Shown here: positions 7,922 to 16,425 of the stretch, one piece after another
Position numbering within the stretch: position 1 is the stretch's first letter
Layout: every line of letters starts with the position of its first letter
NCBI GenBank assembly: GCA_964499205.1
Contig: CAZCJX010000003.1
Coordinates: forward strand, 8,174 to 72,173
DNA from: an uncultured Actinomycetes bacterium
GTDB lineage: Bacteria > Chloroflexota > Dormibacteria > Aeolococcales > Aeolococcaceae
DNA length: 64,000 bases
Direction of reading: 5' to 3'
Translations under genes and position numbers: made by a program
Notes under the pieces: model-generated
What the model saw: the letters and a program-made list of their open reading frames with translations, nothing else
Database searches by the model: none
Told to the model about the DNA's origin: nothing

Positions 7922-9364
7922 ATGGCCGCTGAGCCTCCCCACTCGCGGCTGCTCACCGAGCCGCGCCGACCGCCGTGGCTGCGCGAGCACCCCCGGCGCC
8001 ACTGGCTCGTGGTCGGCACGGTCTGCATCGGCGCCTTCATGGGCCAGCTCGACGCCAGCATCGTCACCGTCGCCCTACCCACCCTGCGCCGCGAGTTCCA
8101 CGCCGGCGTCGGCGCCGTCGAGTGGGTGGCCCTGGCCTACCTGCTGGTGCTGGTCTCCTCGGTGGTCGCCATCGGTCGCGTTTCCGACATGGTTGGCCGT
8201 AAATTGCTGTACACCTACGGCTTCGGCGTCTTCGTGGTGGGCTCGGCGCTCTGCGGGCTGGCGCCGTCGCTGCCGCTGCTGATCGGCGCGCGGATGCTCC
8301 AGGCGCTGGGCGCGGCGATGCTGCAGGCCAACAGCGTGGCGCTGATCGTCGAGGCGATGCCCCGGGGGATGCTGGGTCGCGCCATCGGCGTCCAGGGCGC
8401 GGCCCAGGCGGTGGGGCTGGCAGTGGGGCCCGCCGTCGGCGGCCTGCTGATCAGCCTGGGCGGCTGGCGGCTGATCTTCTGGATCAACGTGCCCATCGGG
8501 ATGATGGGGCTGCTGCTGGGCTGGTTCCTCCTGCCGCGCAGCCGCACCCTGCAGCCGCGGCGCCGCTTCGACTGGGCCGGCGCGGCGCTGGTCACCCTGG
8601 CGGTGGCCGCGCTGCTGGGCGGGGTGTCGTTCGGGGACAGCGCCGGCTGGACCTCCGCCACCGTGCTCGGCGCGCTCCTCGGCGGCCTCGCCCTGGCGGC
8701 GCTCTTCGTGCTGCGCGAGCGCCGCGCCGCCGCGCCCATGCTCGACCTCGCCCTCTTCCGCAACGCCGGCTTCAGCGCCGGCATCGCAGCCGGGCTGCTC
8801 TCCTACCTGGTTCTCTTCGGCGTGCTCTTCGTCGTCCCCTTCTACTTGGAGACCACCCTCCACCTCAGCGCCGCCGAGGCGGGACTCCGCCTCACCGCCC
8901 TGCCGGTGGCCCTGGCGGTGGTCGCGCCCCTGGCGGGCCGGCTCGCCGATCGCATCGGGCCCAGGCTGGTCACCGCGGGCGGCATGCTGCTGGCCGCCGC
9001 GGGCCTGGTCGCCCTGGCAGCGGCCCGGCGCCCCCCCGACCTGCTGCTCGCCGAGCTGGCCGTGGTCGGCGCCGGCCTGGGCGCCTTCATCCCTGCCAAC
9101 AACGCGGCCATCATGTCTGCCGCGCCGCGCACCGGGTCGGGCGTCGCCGGCGGCGTCCTCAACATGGGCCGCGGCCTGGGCACGTCGCTGGGCGTGGCCG
9201 TCACCGGCGCCGCCTTCGCGGCCGGCGCCCAGGCCGCCAGCAGCGGCGGGGCGATCGGGGTGGCCGCGGCGCGGCGCGGCTTCGTCATCGCCATGGTGGT
9301 GCTGATCGGCTGCAGCCTGGCCGCCGCAGCGCTCGCCGCGGCGCGCCCATCCGGCCCCGACTGA
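7922..9364 (+). CDS. MFS transporter, DHA2 (EmrB/QacA-like, 14-TMS) family
   Basis: 480 aa, polytopic. N-terminal signature GAFMGQLDASIVTVALPTL and GRVSDMVGRKLLY. Confidence 0.85.
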   Translation: MAAEPPHSRLLTEPRRPPWLREHPRRHWLVVGTVCIGAFMGQLDASIVTVALPTLRREFHAGVGAVEWVALAYLLVLVSSVVAIGRVSDMVGRKLLYTYGFGVFVVGSALCGLAPSLPLLIGARMLQALGAAMLQANSVALIVEAMPRGMLGRAIGVQGAAQAVGLAVGPAVGGLLISLGGWRLIFWINVPIGMMGLLLGWFLLPRSRTLQPRRRFDWAGAALVTLAVAALLGGVSFGDSAGWTSATVLGALLGGLALAALFVLRERRAAAPMLDLALFRNAGFSAGIAAGLLSYLVLFGVLFVVPFYLETTLHLSAAEAGLRLTALPVALAVVAPLAGRLADRIGPRLVTAGGMLLAAAGLVALAAARRPPDLLLAELAVVGAGLGAFIPANNAAIMSAAPRTGSGVAGGVLNMGRGLGTSLGVAVTGAAFAAGAQAASSGGAIGVAAARRGFVIAMVVLIGCSLAAAALAAARPSGPD

Positions 9365-9373
9365 CCACGATTA

Positions 9374-9392
9374 CCAAACCGACCGGTCGGTC
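9374..9392. repeat. 19-nt element CCAAACCGACCGGTCGGTC (copy 2)
   Basis: Base-for-base identical to 4904-4922. Starts about 10 nt after the MFS stop codon and is followed by CCTTTTG, so it may double as a weak terminator. Confidence 0.7.
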
Positions 9393-9483
9393 CTTTTGCG
9401 TCACGATCCGCGGCGGAAGCGGCGGTGGAGGCGCCGGGCGGGGACCCGCGGTGCATACTTTCGGCCACTGAACGCGTTGTACA

Positions 9484-9530
9484 CCTGGTCCCGGGCGCCG
9501 CGGTTGCCCCCGCGGCGCCCCCCGGCCAGG
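9484..9530 (+). other. extended GC hairpin in the 246-nt spacer/leader upstream of the secreted-protein gene
   Basis: CCTGG-tc-CCG-GGCGCCGCGG-[ttgccc]-CCGCGGCGCC-ccc-CGG-CCAGG, 18 paired positions. Followed by further C6 runs at about 9517-9522, 9547-9552 and 9592-9597. Confidence 0.4.
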
Positions 9531-9610
9531 TCTCGGCGGCGCTGTCGAAACTCGGGCCCCCCGCGCGTCTGTCATTGGTGAGAGCCAATCACCCCCCAAG
9601 GAAGGCGACC

Positions 9611-10642
9611 ATGTCCCGAACCCTCCCGGCCGTCCGTCCGCGCACCCTCCTCGCCGGTGGCGCCGTGGCCGCTGCCCTCGCCACGCTGGCAGCGCCCTAT
9701 GCGGGCCATGCCGCATCGTTTGCGCCAACTGGACCGATCAGGACGGTGCTGTCGCACATCCACGAGCTGCCCACCCTGGCCCATCGCAACGACTGCTTCC
9801 CGCCGGTGCTGGTCTCGGTGGCCTGCGGCGGCGCCGGCCAGCCGATGACCTACGGCGGCGGACCGATCCAGCCGGCGCCCTCGGTCTACATCGTCTACTG
9901 GGGCTGGCACAACAGCGACCCGTCCGGCCAGGGCCCCTACCAGGAAGCCTTCTTCAGCAACGTCGGCGGCAGCACCTGGAACGCCAGCCAGACCCAGTAC
10001 TGCCAGGGCAACACCAACCTGCTGGGCACCGCCTGCACCGCGGGGAGCACCCCGGTGGGCAACCCGACCGGCGTGCTCAAGGGCACCTGGCACGACGACA
10101 CCAACCCGGTTCCCGCCAACCCCGACGACGCCGCCATCCAGGCCGAAGCCAAGCGCGCCGCCGACTTCTTCGGCAACACCACCCGTGCGTCGAACACCTC
10201 GACGCAGTACGTCATCGACACCCCGCACGGCAACTCGACCAGCGGCTTCAACACCCAGTGGTGCGCCTACCACGGTGACGCCAGCACCGCCGACGGCCAG
10301 CTCTCCTACACCGACTTCCCCTACCAGACCGACGCAGGTGCCAACTGTGGCCAGAACTTCGTCAACGCCGGCAGCGCCGGCCTGCTCGACGGCGTCAGCA
10401 TCGTCGGCGGCCACGAGTTCGCCGAGTCGGAGACCGATCCCAACACCCAGAACGGCTGGTTCGACACCACCGGCGCCGAGACCGGCGACAAGTGCGCCTG
10501 GATCTCCGCCGGCCCCGGCGCGTCGACCGACGTGACCCTGGGCGGACGCAGCTTCGCGGTGCAGAGCCTGTGGAGCAACAACGCCAACTCGAGCACCGGC
10601 GGCTGCGTCACCTACTACGCCGGCGCCGGCAACCAGCACTGA
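9611..10642 (+). CDS. secreted hypothetical protein, 8 conserved-looking Cys, HEFAE motif
   Basis: ATG 9611 preceded by AAGGAAGG. Signal peptide MSRTLPAVRPRTLLAGGAVAAALATLAAPYAGHA. No family recognised with confidence. Motifs YIVYWGW and GGHEFAESETDP. Confidence 0.7.
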   Translation: MSRTLPAVRPRTLLAGGAVAAALATLAAPYAGHAASFAPTGPIRTVLSHIHELPTLAHRNDCFPPVLVSVACGGAGQPMTYGGGPIQPAPSVYIVYWGWHNSDPSGQGPYQEAFFSNVGGSTWNASQTQYCQGNTNLLGTACTAGSTPVGNPTGVLKGTWHDDTNPVPANPDDAAIQAEAKRAADFFGNTTRASNTSTQYVIDTPHGNSTSGFNTQWCAYHGDASTADGQLSYTDFPYQTDAGANCGQNFVNAGSAGLLDGVSIVGGHEFAESETDPNTQNGWFDTTGAETGDKCAWISAGPGASTDVTLGGRSFAVQSLWSNNANSSTGGCVTYYAGAGNQH

Positions 10643-10664
10643 GCGCGAGCGGCGGGGGCTCCGG

Positions 10665-11531
10665 CTAGGCCGTCGACAGCCCCCGCCGCCGCCGCACGCC
10701 GCGGTCGAGTGGGGCGAAGACCAGCGCGTCGATGACCACGCCGACGGCGAGGATCACCAGGATGGTGGCGAACATGCTGGGTAGGTCGAACAGCTCGCGC
10801 CCGGTCTCGAGCAGCTGGCCGAGCCCGCGGCCGAGGTCGGGGCCGTTGGCGATGATCTCCGCGGCCATCAGCGAGCGCCACGAGAACGCCCAGGCCTGCT
10901 TCAACCCGGTGATGTAGCCGGGCAGCGCCGCGGGGATGATGACGTGGCGGTACAGGCTGAGCCCGCGCGCGCCGAGTGAGGCGCCGACGCGCGGCAGCAG
11001 CGGCGGGATGTGGTCGACGGCGCTGACCATGCCGCCGGCGATCGAGGGCAGCGCCCCCATCACCACCACGAACAGCACCATGCGGGCGTTGAGGCCGAAC
11101 CAGAGGATGCCCACCGGCACCCAGGTCACCGACGGCAGGCTCTGCAGCGCGGCGACGATGGAGCCGATGGCCAGGCGGACGATCTGCACGCGGGCGATCA
11201 GCAGTCCCAGCGGCGTGCCCAGCAGCAGGGCGAGCAGGTAGCCCTCGGCACCGTGCAGCAGGCTGGTGCCCACCGCCTCGGTGATCACACCCTGGCGGGC
11301 GCTGTCGACGAACGACGACCACACCACGCCCGGCGACGGCAGCACCTGCGAGGGATGGACGACGCTGGCCAGCTGCCACGCGCCCAGCAGGACCGCAACG
11401 GCGACCAGCTTGGGCAGCAGGACTCGGGTCAGCCGCGCCGGCCAGGGCTCGCCGCCGCCGCGCGCCATCTCCAGCGCGTCGAGACCGGAGGCGACGTCCT
11501 CGATGCGCGCGTGGGCGTCAATGACGTCCAT
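10665..11531 (-). CDS. ABC transporter permease, NitT/TauT (SsuC/TauC-like) family
   Basis: Polytopic. Typical loop SLGARGLSLYRHVIIPAALPGYITGLKQAWAFSWRSLMAAE. ATG 11531 overlaps the upstream ATPase gene by 14 nt (alternative ATG 11468). Confidence 0.85.
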   Translation of the reverse strand: MDVIDAHARIEDVASGLDALEMARGGGEPWPARLTRVLLPKLVAVAVLLGAWQLASVVHPSQVLPSPGVVWSSFVDSARQGVITEAVGTSLLHGAEGYLLALLLGTPLGLLIARVQIVRLAIGSIVAALQSLPSVTWVPVGILWFGLNARMVLFVVVMGALPSIAGGMVSAVDHIPPLLPRVGASLGARGLSLYRHVIIPAALPGYITGLKQAWAFSWRSLMAAEIIANGPDLGRGLGQLLETGRELFDLPSMFATILVILAVGVVIDALVFAPLDRGVRRRRGLSTA

Positions 11532-12324
11532 GGCGCCCGATCTCCTCGCGCAGCCGGTCGGTGATGTCGGCGGCGAAGGCGGCGACGTCGGTGGACTCGA
11601 GCCGGCGCGGCCGGTCGATGTCGACCTCCCACTCGGCGACGACCCGGCCCGGCCGCGACGACAGCATCACGATGCGGTCGGCGAGGCGCACCGCCTCGCG
11701 CACGTTGTGGGTGACGAAGACGATGGTGGTGCCGGTCTCGGCGTGGATGCGCGAGATGTCCTCGTGCAGCACGTCGCGGGTGATGGCGTCGAGGGCGGCG
11801 AAGGGCTCGTCCATCAGCAGCACCGGGCTGCGCTGCGCCAACGCGCGGGCCAGGGCGACGCGCTGGCGCATGCCGCCGCTCAGCTCGTGGGGACGCTTGC
11901 GGGCGAAGCCCTCGAGGTGCACCAGGGCGAGCAGCTCGGCGACGCGCGCGTCGCGCTCCTCGCGGGCAACCCGCTGCAGCTTCATCGGCAGCGCCACATT
12001 CGAAGCGACGTCGAGCCAGGGCAGCAGCGCCGGCTCCTGGAACATCAGCGCCGGCCGCCCGCCGGACACCTCGACCCTGCCGAAGGTGGGCTTCTCCAGT
12101 CCGGAGATCATCGACAGCAGCGTCGACTTGCCGCATCCCGACGCCCCCACCATGCAGAGGAACTCGCCGCGCCGGACGTCGATGTCGATGCCGTCGACGG
12201 CGAGCACCCGCCCCGCTCCGCTGCCGTAGATCTTGGTGACATGATCGACCGAAACTGCCACCGGGCCACGGGCCAGCGGCGCGGTGCGCGCGGCGGCGCG
12301 GGCGTTGAGGGCGAGGATGCTCAC
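11518..12324 (-). CDS. ABC transporter ATP-binding protein (SsuB/TauB-like)
   Basis: Walker A GASGCGKST, signature LSGGMRQR, Walker B LLMDEPF. GTG 12324 overlaps the upstream TGA (GTGA). The rest of the 878-aa track ORF is an artefact. Confidence 0.9.
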   Translation of the reverse strand: MSILALNARAAARTAPLARGPVAVSVDHVTKIYGSGAGRVLAVDGIDIDVRRGEFLCMVGASGCGKSTLLSMISGLEKPTFGRVEVSGGRPALMFQEPALLPWLDVASNVALPMKLQRVAREERDARVAELLALVHLEGFARKRPHELSGGMRQRVALARALAQRSPVLLMDEPFAALDAITRDVLHEDISRIHAETGTTIVFVTHNVREAVRLADRIVMLSSRPGRVVAEWEVDIDRPRRLESTDVAAFAADITDRLREEIGRHGRH

Positions 12325-13436
12325 TGCGGTCCGTAGCCTCCGCTGCTCACCGTGGGGCGACCGAGGGCGCGCAGCCGCTGGTTGAGCAGGCGCAGGTCCA
12401 TGATCCCGTGCAGGTCGACGGCGCCGAGCAGGCCCGCGGCGTGGGCGTGCGCCGCCTCGGTGGAGAGCGCCGCGGCCAGCGGGTCGGCGCTGAAGTCGAG
12501 GCGCTTCCAGGCGTCGGCGACGACGGCGTCGGAGAGCTTCTTCTGGGTGAGCTGGAACAGGCCGTCGTTGACCACCTGCTGCGCCTGCGCCGGGTTGGCG
12601 GCGATCCAGTCGATCGACTCCAGGTTGGCGGCGAGCAGGTGGGCGACCACGTCGGGGTGGGCGTCGAGGAAGGCCTTGGTGACCATCAGCTCGGTGGTGG
12701 GGAAGTGCCCGTCGGGCCAGAGGGTGGCCTCGTCGACCAGCAGGGTCCCGCCGTCCTCGTGGATCAGGCGGCTGAGGTAGGGCTCGGGCACCCAGGCGCC
12801 GTCGATCTGGCCGCTCTTGAAGAGCTGCAGGATGGTGGCGTTGTCGGTCTCGGTGATGCTGGCGTCGCCGCCGCCCTGGGTGGTGGTGTGGATGCCGTGG
12901 GCGGCGAGGTAGGCGCGCAGGGCGACGTCCTGGGTGTTGCCCAGCTGCGGGCTGGCCAGCTTCTTGCCGCGCAGCGCAGCGGCCGAGGTGATGCCCTTCT
13001 GGACCACCAGCCCCGCCCCGCCCGAGGCAGCGCCGGCGACGATCCGCACCAGCGAGCCGTCGCTCTTGACGAAGGCGTTGATCGCCGGGTTGGGCCCGAT
13101 GTACCCGGCGTCGATGGCGCCGCCGGCCATGGCCTCGACCTCGGCGGGACCGGCGTTGAAGACCTGGGTGGTGAGGTGGACGTTGCTGCCCAGCGCCTTG
13201 GTGAAGAAGCCCTCGGCGAGGCCGACGATGGCCGGCGCGTGGGTGATGTTGGGGTAGTAGCCGAGCCGGAGGGCGACCTGCTGGGCCGCGGCCTGGCTGC
13301 CCTGCCCGCCGGTCTGGGCGTCGGCGGAGCCGCAGGCGGCCACGGCGGCGGCGAGGAGGGTGAGGGCGGCGGCGGCGAGAAGCCGGGGGTGGCGGCGGAG
13401 GCGCCGGGCGGAGGCGTCGCGAAGCATGGCGGTCAT
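12321..13436 (-). CDS. ABC substrate-binding lipoprotein, NMT1/THI5-SsuA-like (sulfonate/nitrate/taurine family)
   Basis: Arg-rich n-region and lipobox (LLAAAVAAC). Family-typical LRLGYYPNITHAP. ATG 13436 has GAGAAAG 6 nt upstream. Alternative starts: TTG 13460 and ATG 13427. Confidence 0.85.
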   Translation of the reverse strand: MTAMLRDASARRLRRHPRLLAAAALTLLAAAVAACGSADAQTGGQGSQAAAQQVALRLGYYPNITHAPAIVGLAEGFFTKALGSNVHLTTQVFNAGPAEVEAMAGGAIDAGYIGPNPAINAFVKSDGSLVRIVAGAASGGAGLVVQKGITSAAALRGKKLASPQLGNTQDVALRAYLAAHGIHTTTQGGGDASITETDNATILQLFKSGQIDGAWVPEPYLSRLIHEDGGTLLVDEATLWPDGHFPTTELMVTKAFLDAHPDVVAHLLAANLESIDWIAANPAQAQQVVNDGLFQLTQKKLSDAVVADAWKRLDFSADPLAAALSTEAAHAHAAGLLGAVDLHGIMDLRLLNQRLRALGRPTVSSGGYGPQ

Positions 13437-13468
13437 TGTTGACTTTCTCGATCGACGCAATCAACAAT
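13435..13468. promoter_or_regulatory. inverted repeat, candidate LysR-type operator in the divergent spacer
   Basis: ATTGTTGA (13435-13442) and TCAACAAT (13461-13468) are perfect 8-bp inverted arms. An internal palindrome TCGATCGA sits at 13448-13455. The element overlaps the SBP start codon and lies 37 nt upstream of the LysR ATG. Confidence 0.5.
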
Positions 13469-13504
13469 CTTGGCCCGTGACTTTCCGAAGGCTGCGTTCG
13501 GCCG

Positions 13505-14437
13505 ATGCGAACAGGAGCTGACGTCGCCGCCGGCCAGAACGGCCGCCGCCGGCCCCAGGTGACCCTCGACCAGCTGCACGCCTTCGTGGCGCTCGCCGAG
13601 CACGGCAGCCTGCGCCGCACGGCGCGCCTCCTCCACCGCTCCCCCGCGGCGCTGAGCGCCCAGGTGCAGGCGCTGGAGCGCCTGCTGGGCATGCCGCTCT
13701 TCCACCGCGCCGCCCGCGGCATGCAGCTCAGCGACGCGGGGCGGACCCTGGGCAACAGCGCCGCCTGGGTGCTCGACCGCATCGCCGCGCTGGAGGACGA
13801 GGCGGCCAGCATGCGCCGCTCCCAGACCGGCGAGGTGGTCATCGCCGCCGGCACGGTGATCGGCACCCACCGCCTGCCCAGCTGGCTGGCGCCGCTGCTC
13901 GACGCCGGCTCGGGGCTCGACGTGCGCATCGTCACCGAGGGCCGCGACGCGGCGCTGCGCCGCGTCCTCGACCACGGCGCGGACATAGCCGTGGTCGGCG
14001 ACCGCGTCGACGTCGCGGGGCTGGAGACGGGGGTGGTGGAGCGCACCGAGCTCATCGCGGTGGTGTCGGCGCGGCATCCCCTGGCCTCGCCGCGCACCGT
14101 GCCGGCGGACCTGGCGCGGCACCGCTTCCTGGCCCGCTCGCCAAGCTCGGCCACCGAGCGGCTCTCGGCGCGGCTGCTCGGCGACCTCTACCGCAGCGGG
14201 CCCTACGTGGAGATGGGCGAGGGCGCCCTGGTGCGCGCGCTCGGCGACGGGCTGGGGTGGGCGGCGGTGCCGCGGTCGGCGGTCGAGGCCGAGCTGGCGG
14301 CCGGGACGCTGGTGTCGATCCCCCTCCCCGGCGCAGCGGTGTCGCAGGAGATCAGCGCGGCGCGGCGCGACGAGCCGGCGACACCGGCGGCGCAGCGGGT
14401 CTGGGAGCACCTGCTGGCGCTTGGCCCGCCGGCCTGA
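13505..14437 (+). CDS. LysR-family transcriptional regulator
   Basis: N-terminal HTH LDQLHAFVALAEHGSLRRTARLLHRSPAALSAQVQALERLLGMPLFHR, followed by an LysR substrate-binding region. Divergent from the ABC importer operon. Confidence 0.9.
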   Translation: MRTGADVAAGQNGRRRPQVTLDQLHAFVALAEHGSLRRTARLLHRSPAALSAQVQALERLLGMPLFHRAARGMQLSDAGRTLGNSAAWVLDRIAALEDEAASMRRSQTGEVVIAAGTVIGTHRLPSWLAPLLDAGSGLDVRIVTEGRDAALRRVLDHGADIAVVGDRVDVAGLETGVVERTELIAVVSARHPLASPRTVPADLARHRFLARSPSSATERLSARLLGDLYRSGPYVEMGEGALVRALGDGLGWAAVPRSAVEAELAAGTLVSIPLPGAAVSQEISAARRDEPATPAAQRVWEHLLALGPPA

Positions 14438-14449
14438 CCCCCGGCGAGC

Positions 14450-15913
14450 TCAGCCGCCGTCGGCGACACCCACGGCGACGGCGGGCGGGGCGGCGACGCG
14501 GCGCTGCCGGGCGAGGACGAACGCGGCCAGGGCGATGCAGCAGCCGCTGCCGGCGAGGAATCCTTCGACGTAGCCGCCCACGCGCGGGAAGCCGCCCGCG
14601 CCCGTTCCCGCCGCCGCGACCAGCGCACCGGCAACTGACGCTCCGACCGCCGCGCCGACGTTGCGGCAGATCACGTTGATCGAGGTGGCCACGCCCATCT
14701 GCGACTGCGGCGCCCCCTCGACGACCAGGATGGGCACCACCACCGAGGTCATGCCGATGCCCAGCCCCGCCCCCGCGGCGGCGACGACGACCTCGGCGAC
14801 GGTGTCGTGCCGCGCCGCCAGCAGCACGAACGACGCGGCGACGATCAATGACGCGGTGACCAGCACCGGGCTCCAGCGCAGCCGGGACAGCAGCCAGGTG
14901 GTCATCGGCCGCGCCACCAGGCTGGTCACCGTCCAGGGCATGAGGAGAAAGCTGGTGTCGAGCACGGACGCGGAGAAGCCGTAGCCGGCGCTGCGCGGCG
15001 TCTGCACGAAGTCGGACAGCTCGACGAAGGCGACGAAGGCGGTGAAGCCGATGAGCAGCTGGCCGACGTTGGCGACCAGCACACCGCGTTGCAGCAGCAC
15101 GGTGGTGTCGACGAGCGGCGACGCGCGCCGCGCCTCGACGCGCCACCAGGTGACCGCGACCAGCGCCGCGACGGCGAAGCTGCCCAGCGTCGGCAGCCCG
15201 GTCCAGCCCCAGCCGTTGCCCTCGGTGACGGCGACCAGCGCGGCGGCCAGCCAGGTGGCCAGCAGGGTGGCGCCGAGCAGATCGAGCGGAGCCCGGGTGC
15301 GCAGCGGCGACTCGGGGACGGTGAGCGCGACCACCGCCAGGCAGAGCACCAGCAGGACGGTGAGACCGAGGAAGGCCACCTGGTAGCCGCTCCAGACCTG
15401 GGCCACCAATGCGGCGGCGAAGAGCCCCGCCGAGCCGCCGGCGCCGAAGATCGCACTGATCGTGCCCACCCCGGCGCGCAGGCGGTGCCGCGGCAGCTCG
15501 TCGCGGACGATGGCCAGCGACATCGGGTACACCGCGGTGACCGCGCCCTGCATCACCCGCCCGGCGATCAGCGCCGCCGCCGAGTGCACCAGCCCGGCGA
15601 GCAGGGCGCCGGCGACGGTGACGCCGAGGCCGGCCAGCAGCACGGCGCGCTTGCCGTGGATGTCGGCGAGCCGGCCCAGCAGCGGCGCGGCCACCGCGGC
15701 GGCGAGCATGTAGCCGGTCAGCGTCCAGGTCACCGCCGTCGCCGACAGGCCGAGGTCCTGCTGGATGCGGGGCAGCAGGGGGATGACCATCGACTGCGAC
15801 AGCGACGACACGCAGGTGGCCGCACTCAGGGCGATGAGCAGCAACGCCGGGCGGACCGGGCGGGCGGACGGGCCGGCTGCCAGGCCCTGTCCTTCGACCT
15901 CCATTTTCTGCAT
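14450..15913 (-). CDS. MFS transporter, DHA2-like
   Basis: Polytopic, with the motif GRLADIHGKRAVLL. Start ATG 15913 or 15904; the track start at 15943 is less likely. Confidence 0.85.
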   Translation of the reverse strand: MQKMEVEGQGLAAGPSARPVRPALLLIALSAATCVSSLSQSMVIPLLPRIQQDLGLSATAVTWTLTGYMLAAAVAAPLLGRLADIHGKRAVLLAGLGVTVAGALLAGLVHSAAALIAGRVMQGAVTAVYPMSLAIVRDELPRHRLRAGVGTISAIFGAGGSAGLFAAALVAQVWSGYQVAFLGLTVLLVLCLAVVALTVPESPLRTRAPLDLLGATLLATWLAAALVAVTEGNGWGWTGLPTLGSFAVAALVAVTWWRVEARRASPLVDTTVLLQRGVLVANVGQLLIGFTAFVAFVELSDFVQTPRSAGYGFSASVLDTSFLLMPWTVTSLVARPMTTWLLSRLRWSPVLVTASLIVAASFVLLAARHDTVAEVVVAAAGAGLGIGMTSVVVPILVVEGAPQSQMGVATSINVICRNVGAAVGASVAGALVAAAGTGAGGFPRVGGYVEGFLAGSGCCIALAAFVLARQRRVAAPPAVAVGVADGG

Positions 15914-15917
15914 ACTT

Positions 15918-15930
15918 TGCAATGATTGCA
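15918..15930. promoter_or_regulatory. perfect 13-bp palindrome TGCAATGATTGCA in the MFS / GlcG divergent spacer
   Basis: TGCAAT-G-ATTGCA. Lies 5 nt upstream of MFS ATG 15913 and 31 nt upstream of GlcG ATG 15961, in an AT-rich island. Confidence 0.5.
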
Positions 15931-15960
15931 CCCGAACCGGCACGGAGGTGGCACCCGGCG

Positions 15961-16392
15961 ATGAGCACGTTCGAGAAGCGCAGCATCAGCCTCGAAGCGG
16001 CGCAGGGGGTCATCGAGGCGGCGTTCCGCGAGGCGGAGAGCATCGGCATCCCGGTCGCCGTCTGCGTCGTCGACGAGAGCGGGGTGATCAAGGCCTTCGC
16101 CCGAGGCGACGGCTCGGCACTGATCAACGTGCAGTCGGCGCAGGACAAGGCGTACACCGCCGCGGGCCTGGGCATGCCGACCCACGCGTGGTACCCGATG
16201 ATCAAGGACGATCCCGCGCTGCTGCACGGCGTGCCCACCGCCATCGACCGCGTGGTCATCTTCGGCGGCGGCGTGCCGATCAGCGTCGACGGCTTCGTGG
16301 TCGGCGCCGTCGGCGTCGGCGGCGGCACCCACCAGCAGGATCGGCAGATCGCCGAGGCCGCCGTGCGCGCGCTCACCGGCGTGCCCGCCTGA
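15961..16392 (+). CDS. GlcG/HbpS-like (DUF336) heme-binding family protein
   Basis: 143 aa. Motifs VAVCVVDESGV, SAQDKAYTAA and GGGVPI..G..VGAVGVGGG. GGAGGTGG RBS upstream. Confidence 0.8.
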   Translation: MSTFEKRSISLEAAQGVIEAAFREAESIGIPVAVCVVDESGVIKAFARGDGSALINVQSAQDKAYTAAGLGMPTHAWYPMIKDDPALLHGVPTAIDRVVIFGGGVPISVDGFVVGAVGVGGGTHQQDRQIAEAAVRALTGVPA

Positions 16393-16425
16393 TGGCTCGG
16401 CAACAGCTCCACTGAGGAGGTCGTC

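Noticed and set aside
9484-9600. Possible 6C-type small RNA, because of several C6 runs.
   Set aside because: The defining feature of 6C RNAs is C-rich hairpin loops. Here the C runs sit largely in stems, bulges or single-stranded linkers. I cannot run a covariance model, so it is reported only as a structured leader.
11518-14154. 878-aa ORF that would fuse the ABC ATPase to a huge N-terminal extension.
   Set aside because: Only the last 268 codons (from GTG 12324, GTGA-coupled to the binding-protein gene) look like a protein. The upstream part runs out of frame through the binding-protein gene and antisense through the LysR gene.
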